64,000 nt of DNA from a virus. Location: IMG/VR virus record IMGVR_UViG_3300017917_003859, positions 32,001 to 96,000 of that record. One strand, given 5' to 3'. The position numbers and the translations under genes are program-made. This document shows, piece after piece, positions 30,748 through 39,114 of this stretch. The notes under the pieces were generated by a model. It was not told the DNA's origin. It did not search any database and worked only from the letters and a program-made list of their open reading frames with translations. Each line of letters opens with the position of its first letter. The stretch's first letter is position 1.

Positions 30748-32457
30748 ATGGCAGAAACTTTAATATCCCCTGGTGTATTAGCTAGAGAAATCGACCGTTC
30801 TCAAGTAGCAGCACAACCAGTGCAGGTAGGAGCAGCAATCATAGGCCCTACAGTAAAAGGTCCTGTAGAGTTACCTACAGTAGTAACTTCTTATAGTGAT
30901 TATGTAAACAAATTTGGTGATGTATTAGTAAGTGGTAGTGATACTTATTCTTATTTTACATCTATTGCTGCTTACAATTATTTTAACAATGGTGGCGATT
31001 CATTACTAATAGCAAGAGTAGTAACCGGATCGTACACTTCAGCAACTAGTACTGCAATTAGCGCTAGTACTCAAGCTTCTTCACAACCAGCATTTACCTT
31101 AAAAACAATCTCTAAAGGTATTATAATGAATAGCTCTAGCTCAATTGATTCAGCAGGTGCTTTAGCTAGTGGTTCAAAAGATAATATTCGTTGGGAAATT
31201 ATTAATCCAAACACTTCATCTGGAACATTTGATTTATTAGTTCGTCAAGGTAATGATGTTACAAATAGTAAAATAGTATTAGAACAATTTACTGGATTAT
31301 CATTAGATCCTAAATCTCCAAACTTTGTTTCTAAAGTTGTTGGTGATTATGTTTACAACTATAATCCATCTACTCAACAAATTGAATTAACAGGTAGTTA
31401 CAAAAATAATTCAAATTATATATATGTTAGCTCAGTTAATTTATTAACTCCAGATTATTTAGATAATAACGGTGTAGCTAAAGTTCAATATACTTCATCT
31501 ATTCCTTTAGCAGCAAGTGGTTCATTCAGTGGCGCTACTGGTGATCTTAAAGGTGGAGCTGCTTTCTATAACAACATTACTATAGCAGGTAATACTCAAG
31601 GTTTAGATGCTGGTTGTTATACTAACATGATTAATTTATTAGCTAATAAAGATGATTATAGATTTAATGTATTGATCACTCCAGGTTTAATTGATTCATT
31701 ACATACAAGTGCTATAAGTACTATCATTACTAACACTCAACAACGTGGTGATAACATTTTTGTAGTTGACCCAGTAGTTTATGGTCAAGCATCTTCAGCT
31801 GTAATTTCTCAAGCCTCTTCTCGTGATACTTCATATGCAGCAGAATATTGGCCATGGTGTCAAATTCAAGACCCTGCAACCGGTAAAAATGTTTGGGTTC
31901 CAGCTTCTACAATGATTGTAGGTGTTTATGCTTATAATGATTCAGTAGCAGAACCTTGGTTTGCACCTGCAGGTATTAATCGTGGTGGATTAGGAACAGT
32001 ATTACGTGTTGAACAAAAATTAAATCAATCAACTCGTGATAACCTTTACAACGGTAAAGTAAATCCAATTGCTACATTCCCTGGACAAGGTATTGTAGTA
32101 TATGGTCAGAAAACATTACAACAAAAACCTTCTGCTCTTGACCGTGTAAATGTTCGTCGTTTATTAATTTCTCTTAAGTCTTATATTTCTCAAGTAGCAA
32201 ATAACTTAGTATTTGAACAAAATACAATTGCTACAAGAAATAGCTTCTTAAGCCAAGTTAATCCATACTTATCTTCAGTACAACAAAGACAAGGTTTATA
32301 TGCGTTTAAAGTTGTAATGGATGATACTAACAATACAGCAGACGTAATTGATAGAAATCAAATGATAGGTCAAATTTACGTTCAACCTACTAAAACTGCT
32401 GAATTTATCTACCTAGATTTCATCATTACTCCAACTGGCGCTACATTCCCAGCATAA
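30748..32457 (+). CDS. Contractile tail sheath protein (gp18-like)
   Basis: SPGVLAREID, WFAPAGINRG, NPIATF, GQKTL, LDRVNVRRLL, PTKTAEFI. Confidence 0.95.
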   Translation: MAETLISPGVLAREIDRSQVAAQPVQVGAAIIGPTVKGPVELPTVVTSYSDYVNKFGDVLVSGSDTYSYFTSIAAYNYFNNGGDSLLIARVVTGSYTSATSTAISASTQASSQPAFTLKTISKGIIMNSSSSIDSAGALASGSKDNIRWEIINPNTSSGTFDLLVRQGNDVTNSKIVLEQFTGLSLDPKSPNFVSKVVGDYVYNYNPSTQQIELTGSYKNNSNYIYVSSVNLLTPDYLDNNGVAKVQYTSSIPLAASGSFSGATGDLKGGAAFYNNITIAGNTQGLDAGCYTNMINLLANKDDYRFNVLITPGLIDSLHTSAISTIITNTQQRGDNIFVVDPVVYGQASSAVISQASSRDTSYAAEYWPWCQIQDPATGKNVWVPASTMIVGVYAYNDSVAEPWFAPAGINRGGLGTVLRVEQKLNQSTRDNLYNGKVNPIATFPGQGIVVYGQKTLQQKPSALDRVNVRRLLISLKSYISQVANNLVFEQNTIATRNSFLSQVNPYLSSVQQRQGLYAFKVVMDDTNNTADVIDRNQMIGQIYVQPTKTAEFIYLDFIITPTGATFPA

Positions 32458-32467
32458 TAATTTAATT

Positions 32468-32501
32468 AATCTTCCCTCTGAAAAATGAGGGAAGATTTTT
32501 T
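32468..32501 (+). terminator. Intrinsic terminator after sheath
   Basis: AATCTTCCCTC-loop-GAGGGAAGATT followed by T run. Confidence 0.8.
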
Positions 32502-32551
32502 AAAACATAATATGTATAACAAAATAATAACACAACTAAATTAAATATAAA

Positions 32552-33040
32552 ATGGCAGTATTATCACCAAACGAAATATTTTTTACAGCATTTGAACCTA
32601 AAGTAAAAAACAGGTTTATTATGTATGTAGATGGAATCCCTTCATATATGATTAAATCAATTTCTGGAGTATCAGTAGATATGGGAGAAATAGTTTTAAA
32701 TCATATTAACATTTATCGTAAAATTAAAGGTAAAGCAAAATGGAGTGATTTAACTATGACTTTATTTGATCCAATTACTCCTTCTGGTGCTCAAGCAACA
32801 ATGGAATGGGTTCGTTTACATCATGAATCTGTAACTGGTCGTGATGGTTATTCTGATTTTTATAAAAAAGATGTAACTATTAACGTATTAGGCCCTGTAG
32901 GTGATATAGTGTCAGAATGGATCGTTAAAGGAGCATTCATTAAATCATCTAATTTTGGTGATTTTAATTGGGATACCGATGCTGAAGCTCAAAGTATTGA
33001 AGTAGTGTTAGGTATGGATTATATGATCTTAAATTACTAA
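32552..33040 (+). CDS. Tail tube protein (gp19-like)
   Basis: Follows sheath; NRF, KGKAKWSD, YKKD, W..GAF tube-family patterns; TATGTATA at 32511. Confidence 0.9.
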   Translation: MAVLSPNEIFFTAFEPKVKNRFIMYVDGIPSYMIKSISGVSVDMGEIVLNHINIYRKIKGKAKWSDLTMTLFDPITPSGAQATMEWVRLHHESVTGRDGYSDFYKKDVTINVLGPVGDIVSEWIVKGAFIKSSNFGDFNWDTDAEAQSIEVVLGMDYMILNY

Positions 33041-33061
33041 GATTTTAATAAAAATAAAATT

Positions 33062-33088
33062 AAGCTTGTCTTTCGACAAGCTTTTTTT
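33062..33088 (+). terminator. Intrinsic terminator after tube
   Basis: AAGCTTGTC-TTTC-GACAAGCTT followed by T run. Confidence 0.85.
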
Positions 33089-33133
33089 ATCTTACAATAG
33101 TTATAATAAACATTAAGTTATTAAATAAAAATT

Positions 33134-33889
33134 ATGGAACAAGTTACAAATCAAGAAACACCCAAATTTAATTTTCCAACAGAAACTGTTGAATTACCTT
33201 CAAAAGGATTACTATATCCTAAAGACAATCCTCTTTCAAAAGGTACAATCGAAATTAGATATATGACTGCTGCTCATGAAGATATTTTATCAAACCAAAC
33301 ATACATCCAGAAAGGAACAGTACTTGATAAATTAATGCAAGCTTTAATTGTATCTCCTATTAATTATGATGATTTAATTGTTGGAGATAAAAATGCAATT
33401 ATGGTTGCTTCACGTGTTTTAGGTTATGGTAAAAATTATACTTTTACTTATAATGGACAAGAGGAAACTATTGATTTAAGTACTCTTGATAATAAACCAT
33501 TTGATACATCATTGATTACCCCTGGTATAAACGAATTTAATTTTACTTTACCTAATTCAGGAATAGTGGTTACTTTTAAAATTTTAACTCATGCTGATGA
33601 GAAAAAAATAGACAATGAACTAGAAGGATTGAAAAAAATAAAAAAAGATTCATCCCCCGAATTATCAACTCGTTTAAAATATATTATCACTTCAGTAAAT
33701 GGGGATCGAACAGTCAAAACTATTCGAGATTTTGTCGATAATCATCTATTAGCTGTAGATTCTCGAGCATTAAGAGAATATATCAAAAAAGTTCAACCAG
33801 ATGTTGATCTAACTTTTTTTCCCGACGGGAGTGAAAAAGCAGTTAACATTCCAATTGGACTTAACTTTTTTTGGCCTGACTATAACTAA
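33134..33889 (+). CDS. Tail/baseplate-hub assembly chaperone (T4 gp26-like)
   Basis: VELPSKG..IRYMTAAHEDIL and terminal PIGLNFFWP; between tube and tape measure. Confidence 0.75.
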   Translation: MEQVTNQETPKFNFPTETVELPSKGLLYPKDNPLSKGTIEIRYMTAAHEDILSNQTYIQKGTVLDKLMQALIVSPINYDDLIVGDKNAIMVASRVLGYGKNYTFTYNGQEETIDLSTLDNKPFDTSLITPGINEFNFTLPNSGIVVTFKILTHADEKKIDNELEGLKKIKKDSSPELSTRLKYIITSVNGDRTVKTIRDFVDNHLLAVDSRALREYIKKVQPDVDLTFFPDGSEKAVNIPIGLNFFWPDYN

Positions 33890-34199
33890 CGCTGCCGAAT
33901 TTAGACTATATTTATTTAATCAAATTCATCAAATAGTATTTCATGGTAAAGGTGGATATGACTGGAATACAGTCTATAATATGCCTATTTGGTTAAGAAA
34001 ATATACCTTCAATGAAATCAAAAAATATTATGATGATGAAAAAGAGGCATATGAAAATAAATCTAATAAAAATTCTGTTATAGGAACAGATGGGTTAGTT
34101 AAAGATAGAAGTGTATTTGAAAATCAACAAGTACCACAAAAACAACCAAAAATTTCTAAACCGGGTATAACACCTAAAAAACCTGTTAGCTACAAGTAA
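33831..34199 (+). CDS. Second chaperone ORF, probably a frameshift extension of the previous gene
   Basis: Overlaps upstream ORF in the +1 frame; track start is a GTG; YNMPIWLRKY motif; T7 runs in the overlap region. Confidence 0.65.
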   Translation: MKKQLTFQLDLTFFGLTITNAAEFRLYLFNQIHQIVFHGKGGYDWNTVYNMPIWLRKYTFNEIKKYYDDEKEAYENKSNKNSVIGTDGLVKDRSVFENQQVPQKQPKISKPGITPKKPVSYK

Positions 34200-34213
34200 T
34201 TCTTGTAGCTTTC
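34188..34213 (+). terminator. Hairpin over the chaperone stop codon (terminator-like)
   Basis: AGCTACAAG-TAATT-CTTGTAGCT followed by TTC. Confidence 0.5.
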
Positions 34214-34243
34214 AATATTTATTATAGATAAATAATTTATAGA

Positions 34244-36562
34244 ATGGCAGAAGATCCAAAGAAAAAAGCTGATGAAACTAAAAAATCATTAGAAGAAATT
34301 AGTGAAATCACTGGTGCTTTAGAAGATGGTTTTAGATCTCTTACTAGTAGACTCTCAGACATAGTTGAGGAAATTAAAGAAGGCACTTCTGAAGCAAATT
34401 CTTTTAATTTAGCTTACAAAGATATAAATAGATCTGTAAAATCATTAAGTAAAATTACAGAAGACTTAATTAAGAATCAGGTAAAAATAAATGAAAAGTC
34501 TATAACTTCTAAAAGTATTCAAGATCAAATTAATAAAAAAATTGCCGAGCAACAAATTTTAACTACTAGGATAGGAAGTCTCCAAAAACAATTGGCCGAT
34601 GATGCTAGTATGAGTGAAGATGAAAGGATTGAAAAAGAAAAATTAATCCTTCAACTTCAAAAGAATTTTAATGAATTATCATTTAATGCTATAGAACCTC
34701 TTCAAAAACAAAAAGAAGAAATTGAAGCTATAGAAGAATCATTAAGGAAAGCAGATAAAGAATTAGGAGTATTTGCCGGAGTTTTAAAAGGAATAGGTAA
34801 GATTCCAATAGTAGGAGATTTAGTTGATACTAAAAAAGCTTTAGAAGCAGCTAGAGAAGCAACTGATAAAACAGGTAGTGGTTTAAAAGGTTTAGGAGCA
34901 GGATTATCTAATTTAAAAGGACAAGTATTTCAAAGTCTTACCAATCCAGCAAATGTTGCTTTATTTGTATTTACTCAATTAGGAAAAACATTTTTAGATT
35001 TAGATAAAGGTATTGGTGAATTTGCTAAAGGAATGAATATGAGTTATCGAGAAGCGGCTAATCTCGATAAAGAATTCAACAGCATAGCTAATTCATCCGG
35101 TGATATAGCTGTTACTACTAAAGGTATTAGAGAAACAATGCTTACTATGGGTAAGATAATGGGTTCTAATGCTATATTAAATGAAAAAGATGCTGTTACC
35201 TTTACTCAATTAAGAGAAAAAGCAGGATTAGCTAATGAAGAATTAGCTCAAATGGAAAAATTAACTCTAGCTACTGGAGGTAATTTGGAAGATAATGTTT
35301 CTAGCATGTTATATGCTGCTAAAACCACTGCTCTTAATAATGGTGTATTATTAAATGAAAAACAAATAATGCAAGAAGTAGCTAAAGCATCCTCAGCCAC
35401 TAAATTATCATTAGCTGGAAATCCTGAAGCATTAGCTAAAGCTGCTGCTCAAGCTAAAGCTTTAGGTATGTCTTTAGAGCAAGTTGATAAAATAGCAAGC
35501 GGTTTGCTTGAAATAGAATCTTCAATTTCTAATGAATTAGAAGCTGAATTATTAACTGGTAAAAATTTAAATTTAGAACAAGCTCGTCTATATGCATTAA
35601 ATAATGATATGGAGGGGTTATCTAAAGAAATAGCTAAAAACTTTGGTAGTGCTGCTGATTTTTCTAAGATGAATCGTATCCAACAAGAAGCTGCTGCTAA
35701 AGCTGTAGGGATGACTCGTGAAGAATTAGCTGCTACCTTAACAGATCAAGCAGCATTAAAAGGATTATCTGGGGAACAAGCTAAAAACGCTAAAGCTGCT
35801 TTGGATGCCGCTAGAGCAAGAGGGATGAGTGAAGAAGAAATTAAAAAACAAGGTATAGATGGATTAATGGCTCAACAATCTATGCAAGAACGCTTTAATA
35901 ATTCTGTTGAAAAATTAAAAGAAATATTTACCTCCTTACTAGAACCACTAATACCAGTATTTGATATATTCTCAGATATCTTTAATCTTGTAGGGCCTAT
36001 AATTAAATTATTAGGTAGTGTTTTAGTTCCTATAATAAAATTAATATCTGCAATATTAATGCCTGTAGTAGAAGGTTTAAAATGGGTATTTACTTTAGGC
36101 AGTAGTGGATTTGAAGGTACTAAAAAATCATGGAGTGGTTTAGGAAGCATGTTTACTGGAAATGATATAATATCACCAGGCTATGGTAAACGTACATTAA
36201 TGGGTCCTGAAGGCGCAATAGCACTAAATGATAAAGATACCGTAATAGCCGGAACAGATTTATTTAAAGGTAATGATACTATATCTGAACCCGGAGGAGG
36301 AACAACATTAAAACCTGCAGGTAGTCTTCAAGCTTCACCTTCAATAAGAGAAACAACATTAAAACCTGCAGGTAGTCTTCAAGCTTCACCTTCAATTGAT
36401 TACACAGCATTAGCAAACGCAATAGTATCTGCATTAGCGACATCCCCAATGAATGTAAATGTTAAAGGTGAAGTTGACGGTAAAACTTTAATCAATTTTA
36501 TAGAAAATAACGCTACCGCTGTAGGAACTGCTCAAGCTAAAGGTACTTCTAAGATTCAATAA
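34244..36562 (+). CDS. Tape measure protein
   Basis: Long helical Ala/Leu/Lys/Glu-rich protein after the chaperones; late hydrophobic stretch. Confidence 0.8.
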   Translation: MAEDPKKKADETKKSLEEISEITGALEDGFRSLTSRLSDIVEEIKEGTSEANSFNLAYKDINRSVKSLSKITEDLIKNQVKINEKSITSKSIQDQINKKIAEQQILTTRIGSLQKQLADDASMSEDERIEKEKLILQLQKNFNELSFNAIEPLQKQKEEIEAIEESLRKADKELGVFAGVLKGIGKIPIVGDLVDTKKALEAAREATDKTGSGLKGLGAGLSNLKGQVFQSLTNPANVALFVFTQLGKTFLDLDKGIGEFAKGMNMSYREAANLDKEFNSIANSSGDIAVTTKGIRETMLTMGKIMGSNAILNEKDAVTFTQLREKAGLANEELAQMEKLTLATGGNLEDNVSSMLYAAKTTALNNGVLLNEKQIMQEVAKASSATKLSLAGNPEALAKAAAQAKALGMSLEQVDKIASGLLEIESSISNELEAELLTGKNLNLEQARLYALNNDMEGLSKEIAKNFGSAADFSKMNRIQQEAAAKAVGMTREELAATLTDQAALKGLSGEQAKNAKAALDAARARGMSEEEIKKQGIDGLMAQQSMQERFNNSVEKLKEIFTSLLEPLIPVFDIFSDIFNLVGPIIKLLGSVLVPIIKLISAILMPVVEGLKWVFTLGSSGFEGTKKSWSGLGSMFTGNDIISPGYGKRTLMGPEGAIALNDKDTVIAGTDLFKGNDTISEPGGGTTLKPAGSLQASPSIRETTLKPAGSLQASPSIDYTALANAIVSALATSPMNVNVKGEVDGKTLINFIENNATAVGTAQAKGTSKIQ
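36301..36396 (+). repeat. Perfect 45-bp direct repeat (period 51) in tape measure C-terminus
   Basis: AACAACATTAAAACCTGCAGGTAGTCTTCAAGCTTCACCTTCAAT at 36301 and 36352. Confidence 0.9.
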
Positions 36563-36596
36563 TATTTATAATAAATTAATTTAAATTAAAAATACC

Positions 36597-36854
36597 ATGG
36601 GACTATTAGATAAACTAACACTTCAAGGATCTCCATTATCAATTGCAAATGGAGGATCAGTAGCAACTAACCCGTTAGCTACAGCTCAATCTAAAATGCA
36701 TGATGAATATTCACTTAACGGAAGTAATGCTTCATTAGTTAATTCACAATATCAACAATACAAAGATGGCGCAGTTAATATTTTACCTCCACCATCATTA
36801 TTAGATTTAGACGGGATAACACCATCAAAATATACAGATAACTTGCCTCAATAA
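36597..36854 (+). CDS. Small virion/baseplate protein
   Basis: MGLL start shared with next gene; TATTTATA at 36563. Confidence 0.55.
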   Translation: MGLLDKLTLQGSPLSIANGGSVATNPLATAQSKMHDEYSLNGSNASLVNSQYQQYKDGAVNILPPPSLLDLDGITPSKYTDNLPQ

Positions 36855-38812
36855 TGGGATTATTATCTCTCAAAACCAATCTTAAATCTCTTAAGTTTGG
36901 TAATGATCAAGCTGGAGGAGGATCTAGTAATCAACCATACATCCAAACACCCCTTACAGCTAATCTACCACCATCCTTAGATTTTCTCACTAGTGATTTT
37001 CTATTGAGGGGGGGCCCTATTGGGGCTCCAATATCTACAACTAACGATATTGTTAGATTAACTAAATATTTTACTGATCCTAAATCACCTTCTGGATTAT
37101 TATTTGCTTTAAAACAAAATTTATTATCTAGAACAGCAGTTCGCACTCAAGCTAGCGGTAAATTAGTTAATGAAGGTATTTATACACCTTTATCTACTTT
37201 AGCTCAAGCTAGTGTATCTGCTTTTGGTTTTCATTTTAATAAACAAGGATTAAATCCTATTCCTAATACTCCTGGATCTTTACGTACATATGAAGATGTT
37301 GTTAGTGGTCCTACAATTAATGTTGGGAATCTTAATTTAGGAACTAATATATCATTTTTAAATGTTACTCCTAATAGACTAGTTGATTTATATAAAGTAA
37401 AACAAGATAAAACAACCAATACAGTTACTTCTAATGGAATAATTATTTCTCAATTAGATACTGTTAATATATTGAGATATCAAGGTGGACCTGGTTCCAT
37501 TTTAGGTATTGGAACAACCAACATTAAATTTGCAGATCAAAGAACAGGTTTAAATAATCCTTTATATAAAAATGAAAATACAAGAAATGCATTTTTAAGA
37601 GGAGGAGTTCCTAATCCCCAAACTAAACCATTAGAAAAAACAATAGAAAAAACTCGTACTGCTCCTTATGCCAAAACTACATTATCTGGAAAGTATGCTG
37701 AATCTATCTACAATATAAATGAGGCTGATTATAATAAAATAAGCCAAGAAGGTGCATATAATGCCGGAATACCGGTTGATCAATTGTTAGATAGCTCTAA
37801 TAAAGATAATTATAGAGTTACTTTTAACCCAAGTGTATATACTTCAGGTTCAATTTTTGAACCTAACACTGAAAAAACTAATGAAAACAATACAATTACT
37901 TATAATCAACAAGATTTTTCATTAGCTGAAAGTTATAGATCAAATACTCAAAATTTAGTAGATTTTAGAGCTAAACTAAGAAAATCTTTTGATGAATCTA
38001 TAACAACTGAACAAGACCAGAAAGCTTTTAATGTATTAAGTAATTCTCCAAATTATAATACAAATAAAATTGAAACTAGAATAAACTTAGGAGATCCTGG
38101 AAATCCATTTGGTAAAAATTTATCTTCATATTCTACAGGCATTGGAAATGGAGCTGCTTCTAATAATTCATACGATAAAATAACTTCTTTACCTTTATAT
38201 AGAAGTAGTGGAGTTGATAATAATAAATCTATAAATGATTTAATTAAATTTAGAATAGCAGCAATTGATAATGATGATCCAACCCAGAAAGTATATATAC
38301 ATTTTAGAGCATTTTTAAATAGCATTAGTGATAATTATAATGCAGATTGGAATCCTTCTAAATATGTTGGAAGAGGTGAAAATTTTTATAATTATAGTGG
38401 ATTTGATAGAAAAATTTCATTATCATTTACTGTAGCTGCTCAATCTAAAGTTGAATTAATCCCAATGTATAAAAAATTAAATTACTTAGCATCAAATTTA
38501 GCCCCCGATTATAGTGGAGTAGGGTATATGAGAGGCCCTTTAGTTACATTAACTGTAGGAGGTTATTTATACGAACAACCCGGATTTATTACTGAATTAT
38601 CATTTGAAATGAGCGAAGAAACACCTTGGGAAATAGGAATAAATGAAGAAGGAGATTCGGATCCTAATGTAAAACAATTATCACATATTATAAAAGTATC
38701 TAGTTTTAACTTCACCCCAATCCATACTTTTATTCCTAGAAAAGCTCAGTGGAATAATTTAGGAAAAACTCCATTTATTGCTCTAACTAATGGTGCTAAC
38801 ACTAATTATTAA
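36854..38812 (+). CDS. Baseplate/tube-initiator-like protein
   Basis: C-terminal FRAFL..ISDNY..W..YVGRGE..YSGFDRKISLSF tube-fold-like region; post-tape-measure position. Confidence 0.6.
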   Translation: MGLLSLKTNLKSLKFGNDQAGGGSSNQPYIQTPLTANLPPSLDFLTSDFLLRGGPIGAPISTTNDIVRLTKYFTDPKSPSGLLFALKQNLLSRTAVRTQASGKLVNEGIYTPLSTLAQASVSAFGFHFNKQGLNPIPNTPGSLRTYEDVVSGPTINVGNLNLGTNISFLNVTPNRLVDLYKVKQDKTTNTVTSNGIIISQLDTVNILRYQGGPGSILGIGTTNIKFADQRTGLNNPLYKNENTRNAFLRGGVPNPQTKPLEKTIEKTRTAPYAKTTLSGKYAESIYNINEADYNKISQEGAYNAGIPVDQLLDSSNKDNYRVTFNPSVYTSGSIFEPNTEKTNENNTITYNQQDFSLAESYRSNTQNLVDFRAKLRKSFDESITTEQDQKAFNVLSNSPNYNTNKIETRINLGDPGNPFGKNLSSYSTGIGNGAASNNSYDKITSLPLYRSSGVDNNKSINDLIKFRIAAIDNDDPTQKVYIHFRAFLNSISDNYNADWNPSKYVGRGENFYNYSGFDRKISLSFTVAAQSKVELIPMYKKLNYLASNLAPDYSGVGYMRGPLVTLTVGGYLYEQPGFITELSFEMSEETPWEIGINEEGDSDPNVKQLSHIIKVSSFNFTPIHTFIPRKAQWNNLGKTPFIALTNGANTNY

Positions 38813-38814
38813 TA

Positions 38815-39111
38815 ATGAATCGTTACCAAAACATACCTACTATAAAAATAGATAAAAAACCTGTTTATAGAACAGTTAAATATCCTGAAATTCCATTAGA
38901 TGAAAATGATATTTATGTTACTACTGTTCAAGGAGATAGATTTGATGTGTTAGCTTTACAATATTATCAAGATGAATCATTATGGTGGATTATATCTATT
39001 GCTAATGATTCTTTACCTCAAAATTCATTAATAATACCTGAAGGCATCCAATTAAGAATCCCAGCAAATACTGCTGTTATTATACAAAATTATAATATAT
39101 TAAATTCATAA
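38815..39111 (+). CDS. LysM-like baseplate wedge protein (gp53/tail-X-like)
   Basis: GDRFDVLALQYYQDESLWWIISIAN..G.QLRIP. Confidence 0.8.
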   Translation: MNRYQNIPTIKIDKKPVYRTVKYPEIPLDENDIYVTTVQGDRFDVLALQYYQDESLWWIISIANDSLPQNSLIIPEGIQLRIPANTAVIIQNYNILNS

Positions 39112-39114
39112 GTT

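Noticed and set aside
33814-33834. Classical -1 frameshift at T TTT TTT
   Set aside because: The -1 frame reaches TGA after four codons (TCC CGA CGG GAG TGA).
36301-36396. CRISPR array
   Set aside because: Only two copies with a 6-nt gap, in frame inside a CDS, and no cas genes.
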